Positions 42,563-57,200 of a stretch of DNA of 64,000 bases are shown piece after piece; the first letter of the stretch is position 1, and each line of letters starts with the position of its first letter. The notes beneath the pieces were generated by a model. The model was not told where the DNA came from and searched no databases. It was given only the letters and a program-made list of their open reading frames with translations. This stretch comes from Octopus vulgaris (lineage: Eukaryota). The position numbers and the translations under genes were made by a program. The stretch covers positions 57,598,001-57,662,000 of the forward strand of contig OX597829.1 of assembly GCA_951406725.2 (NCBI GenBank), written 5' to 3'.

Positions 42563-42841
42563 AATGAATGGATAACAACAGACGTGTCAATTCACAACAG
42601 CTGTTTCGAATGAATTTTAATTGATTAATGGAGACATTACCTCACGAGGAAAAAGCGTTTTCATCAGGTAAATATATGAACCCGTTGGCATTTGAATGTT
42701 TTGCATGTTGTCGTTCATGTATTCACCTGATGAAAATGGTTTTTTTCAAATGTTGCAATGTCTCCATTAATCAGTTAAGAATTTGTTGGAAACAGCTGTA
42801 GGGAATTGACACATTATCCATCTGTTGTTATTTTATTCATT
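42563..42841. ncRNA. Inverted repeat carrying two divergent hammerhead-like motifs
   Basis: Plus arm: UUCAC-CUGAUGA (42727-33)...GAAAC-AGCU-GUA-GGGAA (42789-805). Minus arm: UUUAC-CUGAUGA (42667-61)...CAUUC-GAAAC-AGCU-GUU-GUGAA (42607-591). Stem III palindrome ACAGCUGU. Confidence 0.55.
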
Positions 42842-45800
42842 TATATATATATATATATGCATGCATACATGCACTTATATATATGTGCTTTGTTTGCGCT
42901 GAGGCTATCATAGAAGACATTTGTCCAAGGTGCCATGCAGTGGGTCTGAATCCAAGGCCATATGATTGGGAAGCAAGCTTCTTAAGTTCACAGCAGTGCC
43001 TGAGCCTATAGACAAATAGAAAAGTTTGCCTATGGACAATGAGTACTTAATAAACTAAGACGTTGTATATTTGTTATAATGTCTAAATATGAATGAATGA
43101 GTAATATTTGGTGAAATATAGCTTAGTATGCAGTATTATTTTGTTGAAAACTGAAAGTAAATTGTCGTTGAAACTTGGAAATAAATTGCAACAGAAACTG
43201 GAAGTAACAACGGTGACATCTGAAAATAAGAACATAGAAGACGTTTACTATGACACATGTATAATCCCCAAGAAGTATAGCAGCTTCTAGTGGTGTGTTA
43301 GACATTTCAGAAATAGCAGCTGAAGTACAATGTTTCTAACTACTGTACTCAGTATTGAAGGACATCTCTGAAAAAGGCTATTCAGTGGTTTGCATGTTGC
43401 TAGATGACAGCCAACTCAGTTACATATATGAGCATTGCAATAACTCTGCCCAATTAATGAATTCTTGTAGAGAAAGAACTAATTGGAAACGGTGGTATTG
43501 TTCTTGCGGATTCACTAGGAGTATATGAGCCGAAGGTCCTCCCTATGGCTTTAAATTGCATCCAGTAGTGGGGACCTGGTATGGGTGTTCCATGGTTTTG
43601 AGGAGTGTGGAACCACCTCCTATCCACTACTGTTCTCAAATCTTATCTGACTCGAGAGTCATAACATCTGTCGGGATCCCAGCAATGGGTTAATTAAGCA
43701 TGGTATGTTGAAATCTTGAGATGCAGCATGGTGGATGTGAAACATTTCAGCAAATGAACTCATCCAATCAGTAATAAATATCACCAGATGTAGAGTGGAT
43801 GAACAGACATCAAAGTGTCAATGACCAGGATCAACCAGTTCAGATGGTGAACTATTGCTATCATCTGTATTCATGGTGTGTGCAGATAAGATAGTTAGCT
43901 AGCAAAAGGCCACCAATGTGACTAAAACCTAAGCCAGATGTTCATGCTGCATCACTTGATCAAGACATCTGTTATAGGAGGTTAACATTTGTATTGGCAA
44001 GTCACACAACATGAATGGATGGATGATAAGAGCCAATTCTGTTATTGAAAAGAACCATTTGACTCTACTGACAATAATTCAGCAGATGTATATGTCAGTA
44101 AAAGACTTCTGGTTTCTGTTGCAATTTAGTTTCACTTTTTCTAAATTGGTAAGTAAACTGCATGTTAACCCAATCACACAGCACACACATGCTCTACATA
44201 GCTATCTTGTATCTTTGGTGTCATGTGTTGCATAAGAACTATTGCGATATGTTTGGCAACAAAGACCTAGTTCTGATTCTCAAAGTCTGGGGAATCAAGA
44301 ATACATTTTGACTCACAGCAGTTTCTAACTTTCTATGTAGCTCAGGTGAAAGTCATTATGGCATTTTGCCCCACATCTAGGATGATGCAGTTGCTAAACT
44401 CACACACACACAGAGATATGTGTGTGTGTGTGTGTAATATAATATGTACATACATTAGGCGTGTCTGTATGGTGAAGAAGCTTGCTTCTCAGCCATGTGA
44501 TCTTGCTTTGGTCCTACTGTGTGGTACCTTGGGCAATTGTCTTCATACCATAGTGGACTTGGTAGGTGGAAACTAAAAGAAGCCCATTGTGTACATACAT
44601 AATGAATGTATCTATATCTATCTATCTCTATATATATATATTTGCATATATATGTACGTAATATTTGTGTCTCTGTTTGTCGCTCAATGCCCCTGAACAA
44701 CTAGTGTTTGTTTCTTTATATTCTTGTAACTTATTGGTTCAGTGAAACAGATCAATAGCATTTAAAAGAAAACAGTACTGGGGTCAACTGAACCCTTCGA
44801 GGCAGTGCCCCAGCATGGTCACAGTACAATGATTGAAATGAGCAAGTGATAGAATATATAACATGTGAAAGTGATTTCTTAAGCAACTCTACAGAACATA
44901 GACATTACATACGTACTACTATGGCTGCTAGCTCCGGCACCAAACGTGACGAACATAAATTGCTACCTTCAATAGCTTGAAAATTTAGCTCACATATCTC
45001 CAGCTCTATTTACCAAGAATCGCTGTACCGATTTAGACCTGCATTCCTAAGAGATACGCATACACACAGCTTGTTATGTTGTTTACTTTTAGAAAGCTAT
45101 GTGACCTTATCATTTTACAGTTCTTCTCACTCGCTCCTATCTCTAGCACCCCCTGTCTTTCTCTCACTCTCTCCCTCTCTATCTATTTATCTATCTTTCT
45201 ACCTATCTATCTATCTTTCTATATGTCTATCTGATGATGTACTTACGTACTGAGACATGTATACATGTATGTATGTATGTGCATGTATATATATATATAT
45301 ATATAAAATTATATACATATTTACCCTTTTACTCTTTTACTTGTTTCAGTCTTTTGACTGTGGCCATGCTGGAACACCGCCTTTAGTCAACCAAATCGAC
45401 CCCAGAACTTATTCTTTGTAACCCTAGAACTTATTCTATCAGTCTCTTTTGCCAAACTGCTAAGTTACAGGGACGTAAACACACCATCATCGGTTGTCAA
45501 GCGATATTGGGGGGACAAACACACACACACACACACACATACATATATACATATATACGACGGGCTTCTTTCAGTTTCCATCTACCAAATCCACTCACAA
45601 GGCTTTGGTCAGCCCGAGGCTATAGCAAAAGGTGCCATGCAGTGGGACTGAACCCGGAACCATGTGGATCGTAAACAAGCTACTTACTACACAGCCACTC
45701 CTACGCCTATATATTTACATATATATAATGTATATGTATATATTATATTTATATATATATATAATATGTATATGTCATATCTATTTTATATATATATTTA

Positions 45801-45862
45801 CAATCATATATATGTATATGCATATATATATATGTTTGTGTATGTATGTGTATTTGTATATG

Positions 45863-45895
<33 letters not shown>

Positions 45896-46254
45896 ATATA
45901 AGTATATGTATATGTATGTATGTGGGTTCAGTTTCACTGCATGGCACCACCTTGGGCAAAAGTCTTCTACTATAGTCTTCGACTGACTAAAGCTGTGTGA
46001 GTGGATTTGGTAGACGGAAGCTGAAAGAAGTTCATCGTATATACGTACATATGCATATGTGTGTATATATTTGTGTATCTATGTTTGCCCTGCAACCATC
46101 GCTTGACAACCGATGCTGGTGTGTTTACATCCCTGTAACTTAAAAGTTTGGTAAAAGAGATGAATAGAATAAGTACTAGGCTTTCAAAGAATAAGTCCTG
46201 GGGTCAATTTGCTTGACTAAAGGTGGTGCTCCAGTATGACTGAAACAAATAAAA

Positions 46255-47140
<886 letters not shown>

Positions 47141-50100
47141 AAATTAGTTTTAGAGACAGAACCACCTTCAATCAACACTGAAAGGTTTTATACCCGACCA
47201 CTCCATAAAATGTTAAATCTTAAATCTTATACTAACTATATTTATTCTGAATCCCGTATTTTCTGTTTATAAAACTAAACGTGTTTCATGACTGTACATC
47301 GGTATTAATTAGATATGAGGTATCTAGTTTCAATGCTTATTCGGGTCGACATACTTCCAATCTTCAGGTCTGGATTCCTTAACATTTTTCCCTACCCCTA
47401 CCATGATAGTCTATATCTTCAATATAATCTTACTTAACATATAGAAATTAATAGAAATACAAATAATAAATAAAAATAAATAAAAATAATAAATAAAAAT
47501 AAATACAAATGATAAATAAAAATAATAACTGAATATTTAAAATTTTAAGGAAAAAATATTCAAAGAATAAACATTTAAGGAAAATATTTAAGGAGAAAAA
47601 AAAACTGAACAAAACCCATTTCGTATGTGTGTGTTACCCTTTCCTTGTTTTGACATTATGTGATATTTATAAAGCAACTATCACTGTGTGTGACAAGAAG
47701 GGTCATTCATTTTCATTATTCTGCTAGAACATGTTCTGGCTATGTGGAAACACGTGAGGTTTGGCAACTGGATAGGCATCTGGCCTTAGAAATCTGCTTT
47801 AATAAACTGTCCGACCCATGCAAGCATCAAAATGTGGATGTTAAAATGATGATGATGGTGACGAAGGTGTGTGTGTGTGTGTGTGTGTATACATACACAT
47901 ATACAATCAGATCAGATGTCTATGCGTGTATGTGTGCAATATATTTCTCTCGTAGGAGATACAGCACACCTGCTGTGCCATCCCACCACTGCAGACATCA
48001 AAGTTATCTGTTAACTTGTTTTTCCTTTAGGTGTTTATGCTCAAAACTTGCATATAGAAGGAATGCACCAATACACGTGTGCATAAAAAGAAAAATTTCA
48101 TATCTGTTCTGTCCATTCATCTATCCATCCATCCATCCATTCATCTATCCATCCATCCATCCATTCATCTATCCATCTATCCACCTATATAAAAAATATG
48201 TATAAATATATAGAGATATATTCATATATGCCTGCATATACATTTGCATACACACACACATATCATCATCATTGTTTAATGCCCATTTTCTATGTTGGCA
48301 TGGGTTAGACGGTTTGACAGGAGCTGGCAAGCCTGAGGGTTGCACCAGGCTTCACTGTCTGTTTTGGCAGGGATTCCATTGTTGGATGCCCTTCCTAACA
48401 CCAACCCCCATATATACACGTTCACACACACACATATGATTATAATTAGGCATACACCCTTGTGTTTAGAAACACTGTTTTTGTCTGTTGTACATACCTG
48501 TACTTCGAGATAGACATATGAGGCATGAAATCATGTAAACAACAAACAAGAGACAAGATAAATTAAAAACATTTTAGTTTCATGCATAAAGAAATAGAAA
48601 TATCCTAACATTTTGGACAAGGCAGAAAGTTGTCTGAGTTGTTAGTGCCTTCCACAAAAGACTGTAATATTTCTTCCAATTCTTTACGTTTTGTATTCAA
48701 ATTTTGTTTTTGAAGGAAGAGGTGTGGCTGTGTTGTAAGAAGTTTCCTTCCTGGCTACATAGTTCCAGGTTCAGTCCCACTAATACACACACACATGCAT
48801 ACATGCACACTCACATACACACATACATACATACACTAATACATGCTTAGTATCATGCACACTCTGTGCAAACATACACACAAAAACACAATACAGTAAC
48901 AGACCAGTTATTGAGTAAGCTTCAGATCAGAAATGTCCTGGGCTTCTCGATTTTATGCTTTTCTGGATACAGCCTAAATATATACTTAAAATATACAGTA
49001 ATGTATGATTATTGTGGAGGAGCTTAAAATCCACCAAGCTGTACCACGAATACAGTATATTGTTTATAGGATGAAAATTAAACAAAGAAATGTAAACAGG
49101 ATGATTTTATTTAATAGACACAGGTAGAAATATTTATTCAATTCTAAAAGAGACTATCTTTATCAATCCATTTAAAAAGATAAAAACCAAAACTGCTTTT
49201 TAACACATTCTATGCACATTAACCAACTTCAAAAACAGGGTGTGTTTATTCAACACAGGGTAAAGGATACTGCATGATATTACATGATATTCCAGGATTT
49301 GTGGAAATTTCAGAATTCTGGAAGCTGGATAATTGGTCTGGTACAGTATTCCTGTGTCTCCACTGCCTCTGCAAAAAGCTGAAAAGAAACAAAAACACCC
49401 ACACTCACATATTCAACTTATACTCTGACACACACACATACACATACATACCTAACATTACTAAGATAACATAAAGAAGCTAAAATATGTTACGTATTTC
49501 TTTATCAGAACACACACACTCACATTAAGAGACGCACATACATATGCACATGTATACATACACACACATACATATGTTTGTGTACGTACATTGTTTCATC
49601 TTCTGTTTGTTTCAGTCACTGGACTGTGACCATGCTACGGCACTGCCTTGGGCGGGGGGCGGGGGGGCGTTAAGTCAAGCAAATTAACTCCAGCATTTCC
49701 TTTTTGTTTTGTGCTTGATATTTACTCTATTGGTCTCTTTCTGCTGAACTGCTAAGTTATGGGAACACAGGCCAACACTGGTTGTCAAGTAGTGGTGGTG
49801 GACTAACTCAAACACGTGTGCACACACACACACATACACACACAAACACACATACAAGGTTTTTGTTGGCCTGGGGCTATATCAGAAGAGACTTGCTGAG
49901 GGTCATGTGTACTGGGACTGAGGGAGTGTACTCAATACTACATGGTTGGAAAGCAAACCCCTTAACCACACAGCTACACCTGGTGATGCTAACAGCAAAA
50001 CAGGGTTTATAACAAGGGAGTATATATTCTTTGTATTTTTGATAATCGGCAGATGTTAGAGGGTCATTCAAGAGCCAAGGGTTTTGTGCATTCACTCTTT

Positions 50101-50608
50101 TCAAACTGGTTTCATATCGATGGTATTGCCTTTACGTTGTTGTCATCATCATCATCATCATCAATGTTTCAACATCTACTTTTTCATGCTTCCATCGGTT
50201 AACAGTATTTATTTTGAGACAGATTTTCTACATCTGGTTGCTCTTCCTGTCACCAACCCTCGCACGTTTCCAAAAGCAAGGTAACATTTCTCTGTGACCT
50301 GACATATTCTCATAGGGTATTGTAAATGAATGATGACACTGCTTGTACGACTGTGACACTCATTTACAGCTATCACATGATGTCAAGACAAGGAGACACA
50401 ATCTCCCCCCACCCACCCACCCACAAAGGCAACACATGCAGAAATCATCACCATCATCATCCAACCATCTTACCCATGCTGGCATGAGTTGGATGGTTTA
50501 ACAAGGAACTAATGAGCAGCAGAACTGCATTGTGTTTCACTGTCGTCTTTGGCTTATACGTACATACATACACATATATGTATGTATGTGTATATGTATA
50601 TATGTGTA

Positions 50609-50686
<78 letters not shown>

Positions 50687-50971
50687 TGTATGCGTGAGTG
50701 TGTGTGCATGCATGTGTGTATATATATATATATATAATGATAATAATAATAATAATAATAATTAATTAAGCAACCAGAAGATGGATTTGGTATTAGTCTT
50801 TATTTTGTGCGACAATTGTTTACTTAATTATTATTATCTCAACTAACACTGAGGAATCCTTGGAGTAGGTCCAACGAAAATATACCTCAACTGTGGATGA
50901 CACCAGGTAGCCTAACCGGTGCCAGTGCTTTACTCAACACTTCAACACACTAATCAACATGCACCCATTGG

Positions 50972-51016
<45 letters not shown>

Positions 51017-52932
51017 GCTCTCCTGTTTGTCAGGTATAACCATCGGTTGTCAAGTGATGCTGGAAGACAAACACATACATATATGATCATCATCAATTAA
51101 CAACCTCTTTCCATGGTGACATGAGTTGGATGGTTTGACTGAAAATTGGTAAGCTGGAGAGCTGCACAAGGTTCCAATCTGATCTGGCAAGATTTCTACA
51201 GCTCAGTACCCTTCCTATCGCCAACAACACAGAGAGTGTAGTGGGTGTTTTTCACATGTCACCAACACGGGGCCCATTGACCTCACACAAGCATTAGCCA
51301 CTACTATAGTCACACTTGGCTTGACAGGTCAACACAAACATGGTATATCATCAAGGGTCTTGGTCACCTGTCACTTCCTCCATGAGGCCCAACACTTGAA
51401 CTATGCATTTTATGTGCCACCAGCACAGGTGCCATACAGCACTAGCATTGGCCACAACTATGATTTCACTCGGCTTGACATGTCATCACAAGCACAGCAT
51501 ATCGACCAACAATTGAAGGATGCTTTCAATGGGCCAGTTATGTGACACTGGCATTGGCCACAACTATGATCTCATTTGGCTTGATGGGTCTCCTCAAACA
51601 TGGCACACACACACACACACACACACACACTTAGGCTTTTTTCATTTTCCATCTACCAAATCCACTCAAAAGGCTTTGGTTGGTGCCAGCCTATAGTAGA
51701 TGGCACTTGCCCAAGGTGCCATGTAATGGCACTGAAACAAAGACCATTTGGTTGTGAAGCAAGTGTCTAAACCATAAAAACCATTCTTCTGTCTTATATA
51801 AGAATTACTTAATACATGAGTTAAGTAGGTGCTAAACGAAGCAATTACTTTTGCTCATGTTATTATGCTATACTTTACATTTTTACATTTATAAGTATAC
51901 TTTCCCCATACTAAACTGTTGGGTAAAGTATGTTATATGTTAACTTGTTTGCAAACCACTCTTTCTTCCTACTATCAGGGCGTTCACACATTTTCATTTT
52001 ATGTTCTCTCCCAAATATTCATGTGTATTCTTGAATTTCAAGCAAAAATCAGAAAAACAGTGTGTCATGGTGAAATTAAGATTAGGATTTCTGGCAGAGT
52101 GTGCCACATGAATAAAACATCTCCTGAAACTTTAGTTCATATGTACTTTATTTCATATCTCTATACCATCATGCCAACACAAGTTCTACCAGTTCAAACC
52201 ACATTTATACCACACTACATACCATCATACAAACATTGAGTCTACCTGATATGGTGATGGGTCTATGTCTGCAACATACCACACACCATAATACCAACAA
52301 TTAGATCTACCAATTCTGATGGTGATAAGTTTATGTACCACACTACTAAGGTTGTTCTGGCTATAGTATTGAAACTGCATCAGACAGTGCATCCCTGGTT
52401 CAAAAGTCCCAGAGTATGGAACCACCTCATTGCTACTATTGCTCCCAAATCTACCCTGATTGGTTATTGTAGGGTCTGTCAGGGTACCAGCTATGAGTTA
52501 AATAGCATGACATGGAAGAAACTCATAGCACAAACCCTCACTGCTTGGGAATGTCTTCAGAAGGGAAAGACCAGAGGAATTAACCTTGATGCTCCTGTGC
52601 CAGTGGGCATGTAAAAAACACCAACTGCACTCTCAGAGTGGTGTGGGTGTTCGGAAGGGTATCCAGCTGTAGAAACCTTGCCAGGTCATATTGGAGCCTG
52701 GGAGCCTGGTGCAGCTGTTGGCTCTCCAGACCTCAGTCAAACCGTCCAACCCATGCCAGCATGGAAAACGGACGTTAAATGATAATGATGATGATGATGA
52801 TACATATACACATATATATAAATATGTATGTATACACACACACACACAGAGATATATATACATATATATATATATAATTATTTAAATATATATATACATA
52901 TATATATATATAAATACACACACACACACATA

Positions 52933-53518
52933 GCCTGGATGATTACTTTCTGAGTTAGTATGTTTCAGATTAGAGTTAGGCTTATGATAAGGTTTGTAAT
53001 TATCAGTAATTAAATTGAATTTGACATCTGTGAAGTTGACAGATTCATGTTCATTTACTGTGGTGATAGATAAACCAAAGTTAACTTTAAAAAAACTGAT
53101 GAAAGTTTTTCTATATAGATCCAAGTTCCTATTTGAATCATTCTTAACAGTGAACAAAGTGTCATCACTATATAGGCGCCCAGCAATTTTCGGAAAATCA
53201 CTCCCTAACTTATACAGAATGTAAATACCTACAAAATCCGTAACTTTGGCGGAAATCTCCAGCCCTCATAGGAATGGCAAAACTATCATAACTATTCTTT
53301 CTAGCCCAAAACTTATTCTCAAATTCAATAACAGATCTTCTCGCCGCTAAAATGATCTTAATTTCATCAATACTTGTGTCAGTATTACTCTTAGCAAATA
53401 TTAGGACCTTGTTAACTTTGGTTTATCTATCACCATAGTAAATGAATATGAATCCGTCAACTTCCTAGATGTTAACTATAATTTAATTACTGATATTAAC
53501 GAACCTTATCATAAGCCT
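52933..53518 (-). mobile_element. Penelope-like element RT fragment with inverted duplication
   Basis: Minus strand: IILAARRSVIEFENKFWARK..FAIPM../KVTDFVGIYILYKL..GRLYSDDTL..FGLSITT..VNFTDV..YKPYHKPNS..SNHP, matching Penelope LYRDDGL, VNFLDV, PY.KPN and SNHP motifs. 53411-53518 is an inverted copy of 52978-53085. Confidence 0.85.
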
Positions 53519-53583
53519 ATATATATATACATATATGGCACTTTGCCACCATTTCTCTCCTCTTATCTCTTGCACTCTTGCTG

Positions 53584-53646
<63 letters not shown>

Positions 53647-53894
53647 CCAGGTAACCTTGTACTTCCTCTACATCAAAACACCTGTTTCTGTCTGTCTGTC
53701 TCTCTCTCTCACCATAACCTTTCATCATCTGACACAAGTTCACCACTGACAATGCCCTCTCCCATCTCAAAAAATATTTTGTCTTACAAATCACTTACTT
53801 GCTGACCCTGCCAGTGCAGGTGCCACTTAAAAAGCATCCAGTCCACCCTGCAAAGTGGTTGGCATTTGGAAGGGCATCCAGCAGTAAAAACCTT

Positions 53895-54100
53895 GCCAAA
53901 ACTGACCTCACCTCTACTTGTGCCACATAAAAAGCACTCTGTCCACTCTGCTTGGTGGTTGGTGTTAGGAAGGGCATCCAGCTGTAAAAACTCTGCCAAA
54001 ACTGACCTCACCTCTACTTGTGCCACATAAAAAGCACTCTGTCCACTCTGCTTGGTGGTTGGTGTTAGGAAGGGCATCCAGCTGTAAAAACTCTGCCAAA
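53895..54100 (+). repeat. Exact 100-bp tandem duplication inside an RTE-tail repeat
   Basis: ACTGACCTCACCTCTACTTGTGCC starts at both 53901 and 54001. Confidence 0.95.
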
Positions 54101-54344
54101 ATAGACGCAGAAGTCTGGTGCAGGCTCCTGCCTGGCCAGCTCCAATCAAACCATCCCACCACCCATGCCAGCATGGAAGGTAGACATTAACTGACGATGA
54201 TGACATCTTATACACACACACACACAAACACACATGCACACACGCACGCATACACACATACACATGCGCAGACACATATATGTATGTGTGTGTGTATCTA
54301 TATATATGCATGTATATTTATGTATATATGTGCATGTGTGTCTG

Positions 54345-54385
<41 letters not shown>

Positions 54386-56819
54386 TATATACATATCTAT
54401 ATATATATATATCGTATGCATGCATAAACATACTGGCAACAACTCAGGCCCATCATTGAATGTAGTGTGTAGGCTATATTAGATTAATACTGAAACAATG
54501 AATATATTATGAAGACTGAACAAAGTTGGTGGATGGAACAACGTTATCAGTGACATGGATACTATTAAAAGAAACAAAATTAACTTAAACTGAATGAATC
54601 ATCATAGCATTTGCCACCGGCACAATCACTGTAGAGCCTCACGTGGGTTAGCCCAGGGGCTGGTAAATTCATTTCAGCTGCTGCTGCTGCTGCTGCTGAG
54701 AATTCAAGTTAAACTTCACCTGCCTTTCAATGTGAAATCAATGACATAATAGCATGCGTCTGCTGGATTAAGGTTGACCTTAGAACACCAACAACAACAG
54801 CAGCAACAAATATTGATGATTTCCTATCCACAATTAACAGAATGCTTATGAGATAATAATAATACGCTGATATGCAACAAATCTCGTATCTGTCTCTACT
54901 TCTGCTGGTCTTCCTGTATCGATGTCTGTCCATCTCTGTTTCTATGTTTCCGTCTATTTATTTACCTACATCAGTCTTATCAAATATTTTCTTATGTTGA
55001 ACATGATGACTTACTGCTTAACCATATAGTTTTAGGCTGCGGTCAACCGAAGCCTTGTGTGAGTGGATTTGATAGATAGAAACTGAAAGAAGCTCATCAT
55101 GTGTGTGTGTGTGTGTGTATGTATGTGTCTGTATTTTGTCCCCTACCACTGTTTGACTACCAGTATTGCTTTGTTTACATCCCTGTAACTTAGTTGTTTA
55201 TCAAAAAGCACTGACAGAATAACTACCAAGCCTAAAAAAATATGTACTGGAGTCGATTTGTTCAACTAAAACCCTTCAAGGTGATGCCCCATCATGGCCA
55301 CAGTCCAATGACTGAAACAAGTAAAAGATAAAAGATAGCATATTTCCTTATTTCATTTAATTTTTATTAACGCAAAATGTGAAGTAAAGAAGTGACATTA
55401 AGCTAGAAAGAGACAGCACAGATTGGAGTGGAGCTAACTGCTAAAAACAACTGGCATGTTTTGGCCTTGTTTGACCTCCTCAGTGGAGCATATTCAACTT
55501 AGTTTCCCAGGAATCTGTTTAAGTATATATCTATATTTATATAAGTGTTTCATCATCATCATCATCATCACCACCACCATCATCATCATTTAACGTCTGT
55601 TTTCCATGCTGACATGGGCTGGATAATTTGACTGGAAATGGCAAATTCGAAGACTGCGCCAAGCTCTACTGTTTTGCTTTGGCATGGTTTCTGCAGCTGG
55701 ATGTCCTTCCTAATACCAACCACTTTACAAAATGTGGTTATGGCCACCTCCGGAGGGAAAGGGAGGAGAGAGAGAGAGAGAGAGAGATGGTGAAAATGTG
55801 ACTGGGAAATACAAGGAAGTGTACCTAAAGGAAGGAAGACAAAGGATTGGATATGGGTTGGTCAAGTTTGTGAGAGAGATTTTGGAAGAAGAGTGGGAGG
55901 TGGAGGTGAGGGAATGTAGTGGGTGGAGGGAAAGAGAGAATCATCAAGGACAGGTTATGTGTAGATAGGTCCCCCCCCCCACTGAGTGCAAAGAGAGGGG
56001 AGGGGAATACAACAAATGATGAACATGGGAGGAGGGAGAGGGGGTTGTTAGTGAGAGATTTGTCAGGGACACGCGGGGGGGGGGGGGGGCAGTGGATAAA
56101 CAATATTCCTTTGTGAGCACACAATAAAGCTGATGTTGATAAATGCATAAATGGAAGTTTATAAATAGAGATACACACACATGTATAGTGATAGAAAGAG
56201 GCAAACAGAAGTGGAGACACAAACACATCATCATCATCATCACCATTTCTCTATGTCCATTTTTCTGGGCTGGTCAGAGTTTATTGTGGCAGATTTTCTA
56301 TGACCAGTCACGGACCTTCTCCTGTTTCCAATGAAAGTATTTCCTCACAAGCAAATATGTTTTCACAGAAGATTAGAAATGAATGGCTCCACTTGTATGA
56401 CACTGACACCCATTTACAACTATAAGCAGCATATTAAGACAGAGATTTAAACTCACACACACACACACATATATATATGTATATATATACAATGGGCTTC
56501 TTTCAGTTTCCATCTACCAAATCCACTCACAAGGCATTGGTCGGCCCGAGGCTATAATAGAAGACACTTGGCCCAAGGTGCCACACAGCAGGACTGAAAC
56601 CTGAATAATGTGGTTGGAAAGCAAACTTCTTATCACACAGCCACACCTTTGCCTGTTTGTTATACATCGATATCGTATATTATTATCTCATGAACATTGT
56701 ATTATTATTGGATAGAAACACATCGATACTTGTTGCTGCTGTTGTCTATTCTTAGGTCAACCTTAAACTGGCAGACATATGTCATTGATTGCAAATTATT
56801 CAACGTGTCCTTTTCTAAG

Positions 56820-57200
56820 ATGGAGTTTTAGCTGCTGTTTCTAGTTTCCATGTAGAAATCTCTCTCAGCTATAGGGCGCAAGTTGAGGGAAATTTAGCTG
56901 CTATTTCTATGTAGAGGTCTCCCTCATTGTCTCATACATACATATATACCTAGATATGAGAGTAGGCTGTGATTTGAAGGAGATTTGGCTGCTATTTCTA
57001 TTAGGTCTAGCTACCATGTAGAGACCTCCTTCATTGGCCCATACATACATATAAACATACCTAAGACAGTAGGGTATAATTTAAGGGAGATTTGGCTGTT
57101 ATTTCTACTACTACCATATAGAAGTCTCCCTCATTAGCTCATACATTTATACATCCATATATAAGACAGTAGGGTGTGATTCGAGGGCAATTTGGCTGCC
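56820..57200 (+). repeat. Tandem array of ~90-107 bp units, about 4.5 copies
   Basis: TAGGGTGTGATTTGAGGGAGATTTGGCTGCTATTTCTA...TAGA..TCTCCCTCATT recurs at ~56872, 56963, 57070 and 57170. Confidence 0.85.

Noticed and set aside
47315-47375. CUGAAGA...GAAACUAG on the minus strand (similar partial motif at 59320-59375)
   Set aside because: Stem I and stem III pairing are absent, so it is too weak to call hammerhead-like.
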